Source: Bacteroidales bacterium
GTDB taxonomy: Bacteria; Bacteroidota; Bacteroidia; Bacteroidales; GCA-2748055
DNA length: 64,000 bases
NCBI GenBank assembly: GCA_020636775.1
Contig: JACJXF010000002.1
Location: 3,747 to 67,746, forward strand
Direction of reading: 5' to 3'
The notes under the pieces: generated by a model
Told to the model about the DNA's origin: nothing
Database searches by the model: none
Seen by the model: the letters and a program-made list of their open reading frames with translations, nothing else
Position numbers and translations under genes: made by a program
Shown here: one piece after another, positions 17,063 to 26,332 of the stretch
How positions within the stretch are numbered: position 1 is the first letter of the stretch
Layout of the letters: each line of letters opens with the position of its first letter

Positions 17063-19783
17063 ATGAAGAAATTAATACTGGCCTGGTCTGGTTACCTTTC
17101 AAAGATGCCGTTTCTATTCTTCCTGATGTTTATTTACACTCAGGATAATTTTTCCCAAATAATCCTGTATTACAACGGAAATATTTTCACATCGGATTCT
17201 AATAAACCATTTATTGGATATTTCATTTCAGAAGATGGAATAATTTCAGAAACAGGTGATACTATAGCAAGCCAACGAATTTCGCAATTTGAAAACAAAG
17301 TTGACTTACAAGCCAAAACAATTATTCCCGGAATTGTTGACAGCCACATTCACTTTATTGATGGATCTTTGGGTTTATTGCAAATTAGCTTGAGTGATAT
17401 TGCCAATTCCGACGAATTAAGAGACAAAATAAAATCCACATCAAGCCAGTTGCTCGACGGATTTTACGTGGCAAGGGACCTTGGATTTTCAGCACTTTCC
17501 GGAGTTGACTCTCCACGTGAATTTCTGGACGCTCTTTTACCAGATTCCCCTGCAATTATCTTTTTAAAGAGTGGTCATGCAGCAGTAGCTAACACGGCTG
17601 GATTACGAAAACTGGGTTTTACCGAACGTACCAAAATTCCAGATGGTACCATTGGAACAGGGAAAGACGGAAATCTGAATGGATGGTTGCTCGAAGCAGC
17701 AGCAATGGAGGGATTAAAAAGAGTGGGGTCAAAATATTCAGAAGAAACAATTCAAAAAGCCATTCAAATTGGACAGGAACTGGCATTATCCTATGGAATT
17801 ACCACCCTTGGCGATAATACCTTCTCGCCCTATAATATGAAAATTTACCAATTCCTGCAGCGCAAGGGAGACCTCAATCTGCGAATGTGGACGAGAAGTT
17901 ATGGCCGTATACCGCAAACCACAAGCCTAATGAAACCTATGGGAATTAAGAAACTTGGGTTTATCGGTCCTGAGAATGATTTTGACCGTGTTCATTATCA
18001 CCTCATTAAGTTGTTTGAAGATATGTCACTTTCCGTTCCTCCAGGCATGACCGGGAACATTGAACCTGGCGGGACCGTCTATCTGGATAAAAATGAAATA
18101 AAGAAATATCTGCTGCTTCATCCGGATGATAAATTTGCTTTTCATGTTCAGGGCGAAAAAGGACTTCAAAATATTATTGATGCCCTTGATGAACTTGGCA
18201 CAAGAAACAACAACCGGAGACATGTGATTGATCATGCCGGATATTGCACTGAAAAGCAGTTGGAGGAGCTGAAGAATTTAGGGGAGTCAGTTACAATTTT
18301 GGCTTCCCAAACCTTTGATTATCCAACTTTATTAAGGGAATACAGTAGTTCGAATAGTAAACTCAGAGAAGATGAACTGCTTGATGCCCGTTTGAAATAT
18401 AACGTGATCCACGGCGCATTGTCGAGCGATTTCCCTTATGGAATGGATACCAGTTTCATTAAGTACAAATTTGTTGATGGATTGAATCCATTCCCTAATA
18501 TGGCAATTAACGTCTCAGGCAAAATGCCTGATGGCATAGCTCTTAAAGATTTTGATAATAAAACACTTAGTATTCAGGAAGCTGTGAAATCCTATACTGC
18601 AAACGGAGCCTATGTTTTAAGCCAGGAAAATCTGTTGGGGAAGATTTCTCCCGGTTATGTTGCCGATTTCGCTGTTCTCGACCGCAATATCTTTGACCAA
18701 AGCCCAATGGATTTGTACAATTGTAAAATCGAACAGACTTATTCAGGAGGGAAAAAAGTTTATGACAGGAATGAAAAATTGTCCTCAGAAGACTTTTCGG
18801 CAAAGGAGAAGATAAATCCATATGATTATACAATCAGCCCGGTTTTCGGTTACGATCCTTCAACAGGATTTGTATTTGGCGCTGCAGGTTTTATCTATCC
18901 TCTAACCACTCCTGCAAGTTATGGAGATGTTCAGGTAATGGCAACAATCCCAGGAAAAATTCAGATTCAGTCAAGCTATATGCGTTACGGAATATTTAAG
19001 AACACAGATTTTAAAGTACCCATTACGTTTAACACCTTTCCGCAATATTATTTTGGTGAAAACGATACAACTTCCGGAGAAAATTACATCGAACTATTTT
19101 CGAACCGTTATTTAGCGCGGCCTGAATTTATATACAGCTTACCCAATCATTTAAAAGCTGCTGTTTTTGCTGATTTCCGAGCCAGAAAAGAAACATCGGT
19201 TCAGGATAAGAATGGTGAACTTTTAAATCAAAGACTTTTTCCTGATGAGCAGAATCTCGGATTGGGACTGAGTTTAATTTATGATACGCGTGACAATCCG
19301 GGTTCCACAAAACTAGGGTTCTATGGTTCTGCTTATTACGAAAATGTTTCAGGCCTCAATACGTCTACCACAGGTAATGCAGGGCTTTTAGGGGCTGATA
19401 TAAGGTATTTCCATTATATATATACCTCGAAATATGTATTTGCTGCCCGCTTTTCAGGAGGCACCAGTTTTGGAAGACCGTCCTATTTATACCGATATTC
19501 TCTGGGTGGGCCGGAAAGACTAAGGGGATACTATTCCAATCGCTTCAGGGGAAACAATTTCTACTCGGTTCAGACGGAATTTAGGTTCCCTGTATATAAA
19601 AAGTTTTCGGGCGTATGCTTTGTTGACGAAGGGGATGTGAGTGACGGGAAACTGGATAAGGTGCTTTTTAGTTACGGAGGAGGGATTCGTTTTTCTATAA
19701 ACGATAATGTAGCCCTGAGACTTGATTACGGAAGAGGAAAAGATCAAAATGGCGTATTCTTTACTTTTGGGGAAGCGTTCTAA
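17063..19783 (+). CDS. fusion protein: amidohydrolase (amidohydrolase_3/YtcJ-like) N-terminal domain plus Omp85/Bac_surface_Ag beta-barrel C-terminal domain
   Basis: The N-terminus is hydrophobic (FLFFLMFIY). Metal-hydrolase motifs are IIPGIVDSHIHF, HVQGEKG, VIDHAGY, SSDFPYG and PGYVADFAVLD. The C-terminal ~320 aa carry RYSLGGPERLRGY, CFVDEGDV and GGGIRFSINDNVALRLDYG, with a terminal aromatic (GEAF). It is one uninterrupted 906-aa ORF. Confidence 0.7.
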   Translation: MKKLILAWSGYLSKMPFLFFLMFIYTQDNFSQIILYYNGNIFTSDSNKPFIGYFISEDGIISETGDTIASQRISQFENKVDLQAKTIIPGIVDSHIHFIDGSLGLLQISLSDIANSDELRDKIKSTSSQLLDGFYVARDLGFSALSGVDSPREFLDALLPDSPAIIFLKSGHAAVANTAGLRKLGFTERTKIPDGTIGTGKDGNLNGWLLEAAAMEGLKRVGSKYSEETIQKAIQIGQELALSYGITTLGDNTFSPYNMKIYQFLQRKGDLNLRMWTRSYGRIPQTTSLMKPMGIKKLGFIGPENDFDRVHYHLIKLFEDMSLSVPPGMTGNIEPGGTVYLDKNEIKKYLLLHPDDKFAFHVQGEKGLQNIIDALDELGTRNNNRRHVIDHAGYCTEKQLEELKNLGESVTILASQTFDYPTLLREYSSSNSKLREDELLDARLKYNVIHGALSSDFPYGMDTSFIKYKFVDGLNPFPNMAINVSGKMPDGIALKDFDNKTLSIQEAVKSYTANGAYVLSQENLLGKISPGYVADFAVLDRNIFDQSPMDLYNCKIEQTYSGGKKVYDRNEKLSSEDFSAKEKINPYDYTISPVFGYDPSTGFVFGAAGFIYPLTTPASYGDVQVMATIPGKIQIQSSYMRYGIFKNTDFKVPITFNTFPQYYFGENDTTSGENYIELFSNRYLARPEFIYSLPNHLKAAVFADFRARKETSVQDKNGELLNQRLFPDEQNLGLGLSLIYDTRDNPGSTKLGFYGSAYYENVSGLNTSTTGNAGLLGADIRYFHYIYTSKYVFAARFSGGTSFGRPSYLYRYSLGGPERLRGYYSNRFRGNNFYSVQTEFRFPVYKKFSGVCFVDEGDVSDGKLDKVLFSYGGGIRFSINDNVALRLDYGRGKDQNGVFFTFGEAF

Positions 19784-19822
19784 ATATTCTTTCCCATAAG
19801 AAGAATTAAAAAATATCAAATT

Positions 19823-20230
19823 ATGAAAGAAGACAACGCTAATATCGCAATCGTAAAACAATTGTATAACGCTTTTATGAAAAAAGAGATTAATACAATT
19901 TTAGGATTATTAAGCCAGGATGTAGAATGGGGAGAACCTGAAAATCCTTTTAACCCCGCGGGTGGAACAAGAACAGGTCATGCCGGATTTTTGGAATGGA
20001 TAAATATTGGGAAAGAAGCAGAAGATATTTTAGTACTTGAACCCAAACAGTTTCTCACCAATGACAATTTCGTAGCAGTTAGCGGTTATATGAAATGTCT
20101 CGCAAAACCAACCGGTAAAGTTTATGAATCAGATTTTGTTCATCTTGTAAAAATTAAGGATAATAAAATTCAAAAGTTTCAGGAATTCTTTGATACTTAT
20201 ATTGCCGGTGAAGCTTTTCGTGTGAATTAA
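19823..20230 (+). CDS. SnoaL/NTF2-like (ketosteroid-isomerase-like) small protein
   Basis: The 135-aa protein starts IVKQLYNAFMKKEINTILGLLSQDVEW and ends KIQKFQEFFDT, typical of the SnoaL-like fold. Confidence 0.6.
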   Translation: MKEDNANIAIVKQLYNAFMKKEINTILGLLSQDVEWGEPENPFNPAGGTRTGHAGFLEWINIGKEAEDILVLEPKQFLTNDNFVAVSGYMKCLAKPTGKVYESDFVHLVKIKDNKIQKFQEFFDTYIAGEAFRVN

Positions 20231-20241
20231 AACTACTTATT

Positions 20242-20649
20242 ATGGGTCATATTATAAAGCTAAATACCGTATTATTTATTATAATTATGCTAGGTATGGA
20301 AGCAAATGCACAAAACAAAATAGTAAGAAATGAGCTGTTGGATGCTCAATTTGAGGAAAGAACCGTTTCAAAGGTTAAGGTAGTTGAAATTGAATTTCCA
20401 GCCGGGCAAAAAGCCCCCCTTCATAAACATCCATGCCCTGTTATTGGGTCAATAGTTGAAGGGGAATGTCTTGTGCAGGTTGAAGGAGAACCGGCTAAAG
20501 TTTTAAAGGCAGGTGACGCCTTCTATGAACCAGCCGACACGCCAATCATTCATTTCGATAATTATTCGGAAAAAGAGCCCATGAAATTTATTGCATACTA
20601 TCTGCTGAAAGATGAAAAAGATTTAATTGAGCTATTGCCGAAACGTTAG
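20242..20649 (+). CDS. exported cupin-domain protein
   Basis: It has a signal-like N-terminus. The cupin motifs are PLHKHPCPVIGSIVEGE and GDAFYEPADTPIIH. Confidence 0.65.
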   Translation: MGHIIKLNTVLFIIIMLGMEANAQNKIVRNELLDAQFEERTVSKVKVVEIEFPAGQKAPLHKHPCPVIGSIVEGECLVQVEGEPAKVLKAGDAFYEPADTPIIHFDNYSEKEPMKFIAYYLLKDEKDLIELLPKR

Positions 20650-20736
20650 GAGAATCATGTTCAGAAATATTAAATCAAAAACAACGTCTTTTAAAACCAG
20701 CGAAGTCAAAAGGATTTATCTTAAAAATTTCAGACT

Positions 20737-21027
20737 ATGTTTATAATTCATGTAAACTACATAAAACCGCTCAGCGAAGTTGACAAATACATCGCAGACC
20801 ACGCTAAATTTCTTGATAAGCAATATGCGAATAACAATTTCATTGTTTCCGGGCGAAAGAATCCCAGGACCGGAGGCATTATTCTAACATCCATTTCTGA
20901 AAGGGAAGAGCTTGAACATATTGTTTCCCTGGATCCTTTTTTTGTAAATAAAATTGCAGAATATGAGATTATTGAATTTGTCCCAACTAAGTATGATGAG
21001 GGGTTTAAGAAATTCATAAAGGAATAA
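20737..21027 (+). CDS. YciI-family protein
   Basis: The 96-aa protein has the layout FIIHVNY...HAKFL...SGR...GGIIL...DPF, typical of YciI-like proteins. Confidence 0.6.
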   Translation: MFIIHVNYIKPLSEVDKYIADHAKFLDKQYANNNFIVSGRKNPRTGGIILTSISEREELEHIVSLDPFFVNKIAEYEIIEFVPTKYDEGFKKFIKE

Positions 21028-21038
21028 TTTATAACGCG

Positions 21039-22022
21039 GTGAAAGCAATTGTATTCAATAGCACAGGAGATTTTGATAAGGTATTGAATCTAACTGAAGT
21101 GCCAATTCCGGAACCTGCAGAAAATGAGGTTAGAATAAAAGTCCAGGCAAGCCCGATAAATCCGGCGGATATCCTTTTTATAAATGGAAAATACCGTCTA
21201 AAACCTGTTCTCCCTCAAATTGCAGGATTGGAGGGGGCTGGTATTATTGATAAATTGGGCGAAAAAGTAAATATGAAGATTGGATCTCTCGTTGCATTTC
21301 GTGACAAAAATATTTGGGCCGAATATGTTGTCGTACCTGCTAATAAGCTTGTTGTTTTACCTCCTGATTTTCCTGTTGAAAAAGCATGTCAGTTTTCCTT
21401 AAATCCGATTACGGCTTATGCATTATTGGATGAAGCAAATGTCAGAACTGAAGATGAGTGGATATTACTTACTGCAGGCAATTCTTCTGTCTCAAAGCTG
21501 ATTATTCAATTTGCGAAACTGAATAATATTAAAACAATAGCAGTTGCACGCAATAGCGACAATTTTTCTGAACTAGATTCTTTAGGGGCAACGGCAATAA
21601 TTACTGATGATTTTGCAAATATCGAGCATAGGGTAAATGAAATTACAAAGGGAAAAGGCGTAAAATGTGTATTGGATGCAGTTGGTGGTGAATTGATAAG
21701 CAAGCTTATAAAAACAATTTCTCCATTTGGCAAACTTATCTCATATGGACTTATCAGTAATGAAAATGTGACCTACCATAATTCATCTATTATTTTCAGG
21801 AATATTACCATTAAAGGGTTTGGAATAGATAATTGGTTAAATGAAACTACGAAAAACAATTATAAGGATACCATTGATGTATTGATTTCAATTCTAATAA
21901 ATCCAGGTTTTATAATGCCTGTTGCAGCAAAATATCCGCTTACTGAATATAAAAAGGCATTTGAGAAATATATTCATACTAGAAATGGAAAAATATTACT
22001 GATAGCTAGCTTTGATAAATAA
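21039..22022 (+). CDS. medium-chain dehydrogenase/reductase (quinone-oxidoreductase-like)
   Basis: It uses a GTG start. VRIKVQASPINPADI and GLEGAGII are present, a nucleotide-binding region follows, and length is 327 aa. Confidence 0.7.
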   Translation: MKAIVFNSTGDFDKVLNLTEVPIPEPAENEVRIKVQASPINPADILFINGKYRLKPVLPQIAGLEGAGIIDKLGEKVNMKIGSLVAFRDKNIWAEYVVVPANKLVVLPPDFPVEKACQFSLNPITAYALLDEANVRTEDEWILLTAGNSSVSKLIIQFAKLNNIKTIAVARNSDNFSELDSLGATAIITDDFANIEHRVNEITKGKGVKCVLDAVGGELISKLIKTISPFGKLISYGLISNENVTYHNSSIIFRNITIKGFGIDNWLNETTKNNYKDTIDVLISILINPGFIMPVAAKYPLTEYKKAFEKYIHTRNGKILLIASFDK

Positions 22023-22088
22023 AATAGAATTCTCCCGGATAACTTTGCCATAAAAATCGATTTCCTAATAATAACAGTAAAATTGAAT

Positions 22089-22859
22089 ATGAAAACTTTA
22101 TTTGCACTCTCATTTTTAATATGTCAATTTCTTTCAGGGATAGCGCAGACTAGTAAAAGTGAGGTATTAATTATCAGTACCATTCACGGAGCACATAAAA
22201 TCAACCCAAATTATTCGTATGATTCACTTTTTACTTTTGTTGAAAAGTTTAACCCGGATATTATCGGGGTTGAAATACGAAATGAAGATATTGACAGCTC
22301 TGTTTCTTATCTAAAAGATAATTACCCTTTTGAAATGTATACCAGTGTTTCAAAGTTTTCTACAAAAAAGGTCATAGGTTTTGACTGGTTAGGTGCAGAA
22401 TTAGCAGGTCATGCTATACCCCAAAACTATTGGAAAGAAAAAAGCACCATTAAAAAATTACAACAGAAATTGTCTACAGACAGTACAATGCTCAAAAGTC
22501 TTTCGGTTTTAGACATAATTAACGACGAAAAGAACAAACTGGTTTTGAGTGCTACAATTCAGGAATTGAATGATGGCAGATACGATTTGATTAATCGAAT
22601 TTATTATGAGCAGTTGGAACTGCTTCTAAAAGACACACAATACAATTTATTGTCTGATTTTTATAAAGAAAGAGATGAAATCATTGCTCGAAATATTCTG
22701 GAAATAATTAAAAACAATGATGGCAAGAAAATGATTTTTTTGTTAGGTGCTGATCACAGAGATTTTATTCTTAGAAATGTTTCGGAGGAATTTAAAGATA
22801 CTATAATATTAAATGATTTTGCAATTAGAAAACATATTCCTTTTGAATTGAAAGAATAG
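22089..22859 (+). CDS. exported TraB/GumN/PrgY-like (DUF5694-like) protein
   Basis: It has a signal peptide (LFALSFLICQFLSGIAQ). VLIISTIHGAHK, DIIGVEI and FLLGADHRDF resemble the TraB/ChaN-type fold. The family name is from memory. Confidence 0.45.
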   Translation: MKTLFALSFLICQFLSGIAQTSKSEVLIISTIHGAHKINPNYSYDSLFTFVEKFNPDIIGVEIRNEDIDSSVSYLKDNYPFEMYTSVSKFSTKKVIGFDWLGAELAGHAIPQNYWKEKSTIKKLQQKLSTDSTMLKSLSVLDIINDEKNKLVLSATIQELNDGRYDLINRIYYEQLELLLKDTQYNLLSDFYKERDEIIARNILEIIKNNDGKKMIFLLGADHRDFILRNVSEEFKDTIILNDFAIRKHIPFELKE

Positions 22860-22934
22860 AAACGTTTACAAACTGCATGTAATTTGCAATAGTGGGTGAA
22901 ATTGTAAATCAAAGTTCAATACTTCTTATTTATA

Positions 22935-23783
22935 ATGGGATATACGGACAGGAAATTGCTTCATATTGTTTCATTTAAGTTTGACAGAATGAAAAATGAT
23001 AGGAATATCAAGTCAGGCAGACCTGGAATTCTTTATGGGATTAAGGGTTTTGTAATTTTGTTTCTTGTCTATCATCTTCCCGAATTTCTGCAGAACAATT
23101 ATAAAAAACCATTGATTCTGGTCCTCGAACTAGGTATGCTTTTATTTGCTCTTATCTCTTTTTATATAGGCAGACGATGGCACCACAATGGATTAAGAAT
23201 TTACGGATTTTATTCTTTCAGGAAAAATTGGGGAAATTTAATCCTGGGATTAATCATCGGGATTTTTCTAGCCGGTTCGGCAAATTTGTTTCCGGTTTTA
23301 TTTGGGTGGAGCCGATTTTCTCTTCAATTGAACCTGGGACAAATTCTTTTACAAACACTTATCTTCTCTATTGGCACACTCTTGCCTTCATTAGGGGAAG
23401 ATATTCTAACCCGAGGTTATTTACGGGTATTCTGGCCAGAAAACCTGAACATTAAATGGCTGATTCTGATATCTGCAGCAGTTTATGTGTTGAACCACAT
23501 TTTCAGGTTAACAAAACCTGATGTAATGCTTTACCTTTTAATTCTTGGTTATTTGCTCATGTGGTGCTATGTTAAAACAGGTACTTTATGGCTTACTCTG
23601 GGAATTCATTGGGGAACCAACATTGCCTACCAGTGTTTCACAAATCTCGTAAGCTTCAATCCAATTAAAGAAACAGGGATGGAAAATTATATTTTAGCTG
23701 CGAGTTATAGTTTAGGTATTCTGCTGGTCATAATATTGCAAAAAATGAATTTATTTACCCTGGAAGCTAATAATGCAAATTAA
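22935..23783 (+). CDS. CPBP-family (CAAX/Abi) intramembrane glutamic protease
   Basis: It is a multi-TM protein with EDILTRGYL (EExxxR-type), the first His motif VLNHIFRL, and LGIHWGTN. An alternative start is near 22989. Confidence 0.7.
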   Translation: MGYTDRKLLHIVSFKFDRMKNDRNIKSGRPGILYGIKGFVILFLVYHLPEFLQNNYKKPLILVLELGMLLFALISFYIGRRWHHNGLRIYGFYSFRKNWGNLILGLIIGIFLAGSANLFPVLFGWSRFSLQLNLGQILLQTLIFSIGTLLPSLGEDILTRGYLRVFWPENLNIKWLILISAAVYVLNHIFRLTKPDVMLYLLILGYLLMWCYVKTGTLWLTLGIHWGTNIAYQCFTNLVSFNPIKETGMENYILAASYSLGILLVIILQKMNLFTLEANNAN

Positions 23784-23842
23784 ACTACTTTAGAATAACA
23801 GATTAAATCTTGTCTAAACTTTCAATTTAATGAAAAAAAGCC

Positions 23843-24337
23843 ATGAATAAATTTACTTTAATTGCACTTTTTCTTTTAATTATATCTTTAAACTTAAATG
23901 TTAATGCGATGAATATAAAAGCTGATTCTACTGCAAAATGTTATGCATCCTCAGAAATCATAATAAACGCATCTAATCAACATGTTTTTGAAATTCTTTC
24001 AAACATTAAAAAGTGGCCGGAATGGCAAAGCAGTGTAATAAAAGTTGAGATAGATGGAAATGCTGAAGTTGATAAAACGTTTAAATGGAAAGCAGGTGGT
24101 TTAAATATAAAATCAAAACTACATACTGTCAATCCAGATTCTGAGATTGGCTGGACTGGAAGAATCTGGTGGATAAAAGCAGTTCATAATTGGTATTTAA
24201 CCGAAGAAGGCGGACAAACAAAAGTAATTGTTAAGGAATCTTTGAAAGGATTAGGGTCATCAATGATGCGCAAATCACTGGAGGAGGGCATGAAAAAGAA
24301 TCTTGATGAATTGAAAATTCAGGCTGAAAAGAGCTGA
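23843..24337 (+). CDS. exported SRPBCC (polyketide-cyclase/START-like) protein
   Basis: It has a signal peptide. VFEILSNIKKWPEWQS and KWKAGG are typical of the Polyketide_cyc2/SRPBCC fold. Confidence 0.6.
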   Translation: MNKFTLIALFLLIISLNLNVNAMNIKADSTAKCYASSEIIINASNQHVFEILSNIKKWPEWQSSVIKVEIDGNAEVDKTFKWKAGGLNIKSKLHTVNPDSEIGWTGRIWWIKAVHNWYLTEEGGQTKVIVKESLKGLGSSMMRKSLEEGMKKNLDELKIQAEKS

Positions 24338-24646
24338 CACGGGATTCCAATTCTTAATTAATATTAATGGAAACAGAATGGTAAAAATTAACTGTAAAAT
24401 TTATGCAGTTCCATCAATATAAAAATGTAAAAATTTTATTTCCCATAATTCCATCCTTAGGCATAAAATACCGTTTTTATTGCGGTTTAAAAACATATAA
24501 GCTATGTGCTATTCATTATTTTTAATAATTTTAGGGTTTTGTTTTTATCATTATGTAAGCGGATAAAGCTTATTTCTAAGTATAGATTTTTTTAAGATGC
24601 AATCCGTTATTACTATCTCAAGGATTCATTCATAAGCAATTAAATT

Positions 24647-25006
24647 GTGAATCAAGAAGAGATCCGAGATTATTGTTTAAAAAAACAAGGCGTAACCGAG
24701 AGTTTGCCTTTCAATGACACAGCCCTTGTCTTTAAGGTTGGAGGAAAAATGTTTGCCTTATTGGATCTTTCTGAAGACAGCAGGGGAATAACTTTGAAGT
24801 GTGACCCCTTTTTGGCAATTGAACTGCGTGAGCATCACCCAGAGATTACTCCGGCTTGGCACTTTAACAAGAAACACTGGAACACAGTTTTCATGGACGG
24901 CAGCCTGAAGAAGGAAATGGTACTATCCCTGATCGATCATTCTTATGAAATCATTGTGGAGAGCCTCCCAAAATCAAAGAAGGAAGAACTTAAAAGAAAG
25001 AAATAA
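24647..25006 (+). CDS. MmcQ/YjbR-family protein
   Basis: It uses a GTG start. IRDYCLKKQGVTESLPFNDTALVFKVGGKMFAL...HWNTV is the family pattern. Length is 119 aa. Confidence 0.7.
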   Translation: MNQEEIRDYCLKKQGVTESLPFNDTALVFKVGGKMFALLDLSEDSRGITLKCDPFLAIELREHHPEITPAWHFNKKHWNTVFMDGSLKKEMVLSLIDHSYEIIVESLPKSKKEELKRKK

Positions 25007-25007
25007 T

Positions 25008-25574
25008 ATGAAAAAGATTATTGGTTATTTTTTCCAGGGATTATTATATGTTGCTCCCCTGGGCCTTACGTTTTATGCAATATTTTTACTTTTTAACCTG
25101 GTAGACGGATTAATACAACGTTATCTGGAGGCATGGATCAAGGTTCATATCCCCGGTCTGGGAATAGTTATTATCTTTCTGTTCATATCATTCCTTGGCC
25201 TGATTGGCGGTACCATCATCGCCTCCCCCATAAAAAGAGCCATTGATAAAGTCCTTGAAAGAGCCCCTCTGTTCAAACTAATTTATTCTTCGGTTCGGGA
25301 TCTGTTATCGGCTTTTGTGGGGAAGGAAAAGAAATTCACCCAGCCGGTGCTTGTTAAAGTAAATACTATTTCAGAACTGGAAAAAGTCGGATTTCTGACG
25401 CAGGAAGATCTTAACAGTATTGGCATTAAGGATAAGGTGGCCGTATATTTTCCCCACTCTTATAATTTTTCGGGGGAGATGTTTATCGTCCCCAGTGAAC
25501 ATGTACGCCCCCTCGATATGGCTCCAACAGATGCCATGAAATTTGTGGTTTCGGGAGGTGTTGCCTTATCCTGA
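25008..25574 (+). CDS. DUF502 membrane protein
   Basis: I moved the start to the ATG at 25008 (MKKIIGYFFQGLLYVAPLGLTFY). It has two TM segments and HIPGLGIVI. The track ORF's 5' extension overlaps the mmcQ-like gene. Confidence 0.6.
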   Translation: MKKIIGYFFQGLLYVAPLGLTFYAIFLLFNLVDGLIQRYLEAWIKVHIPGLGIVIIFLFISFLGLIGGTIIASPIKRAIDKVLERAPLFKLIYSSVRDLLSAFVGKEKKFTQPVLVKVNTISELEKVGFLTQEDLNSIGIKDKVAVYFPHSYNFSGEMFIVPSEHVRPLDMAPTDAMKFVVSGGVALS

Positions 25575-25675
25575 AAATAAATATGCTATGTAATTATTAT
25601 TGTTTTTTGTTTCGTTTAGTTAATGTACTTTTAATCTTTAAAATCCTGCATTAATTCCTGAAATTCCAAAATTCA

Positions 25676-26323
25676 ATGAGCCTCAATTCTTTCTTTCAGA
25701 AGCTGGTCCCGACAGACCTCAAGTTTTATCCCATGTTTGAAAATATGGCAGAACTGATTGTCAAAGCATCTTCCTCACAGCTATTAATATTTGAACACGA
25801 TGATCCTGTAAAGCAAAAAGACCTTTTCAAACTCATTAAAGAACTTGAAAACAAAGCTGATGAAGTTGTCCAGACTATCTTCGATGAACTGGATAAATCT
25901 TTTGTACCCCCTTTTGATCGTGAGGATATGAATGTACTTACAACTTCACTTGATGAAGTAATTAACGGAATTAACGGTGTAGCTCAGAGGGTCAGGCTTT
26001 ACCGTCCAAAAGAAATCCCTTCCGAATTTAAGGATTTCGCCAAATTGATTTCCAAAGGTTGCGAGCAGATAAATATTTCTGTTAAGGAACTGCACGACTT
26101 AAAAAAGCCTGCAAAAATTCTTAAGGCCTGCAAAAAGATAAATGATCTTGAAAAAGAAGCCGATGAATTATACCATTCCACCATTTCCACTATTTTTAAG
26201 AAAGAAAAAGATGCCATAGAGCTGATTAAGCAAAAGGAAATGCTTGAAAATCTGGAAAAAACGGCAGATCGTATAAAATCGGTTTCCAATATCCTCAAGA
26301 TTATTATTCTTAAGATGTCTTAA
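25676..26323 (+). CDS. DUF47 (PhoU-like) phosphate-transport accessory protein
   Basis: The 215-aa helical protein lies directly upstream of a PiT transporter, which is the canonical pairing. Confidence 0.75.
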   Translation: MSLNSFFQKLVPTDLKFYPMFENMAELIVKASSSQLLIFEHDDPVKQKDLFKLIKELENKADEVVQTIFDELDKSFVPPFDREDMNVLTTSLDEVINGINGVAQRVRLYRPKEIPSEFKDFAKLISKGCEQINISVKELHDLKKPAKILKACKKINDLEKEADELYHSTISTIFKKEKDAIELIKQKEMLENLEKTADRIKSVSNILKIIILKMS

Positions 26324-26332
26324 TCAGCCGGT

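Noticed and set aside
24338-24646. 309-bp AT-rich spacer. I considered an att site, an sRNA, or a 20-codon hydrophobic mini-ORF (ATGTGCTATTCATTATTTTTAATA... near 24504-24566).
   Set aside because: It has no flanking direct repeats, no convincing stem-loop and no conservation evidence. The mini-ORF is expected by chance in AT-rich DNA. It is kept only as the right edge of the AT-rich block.
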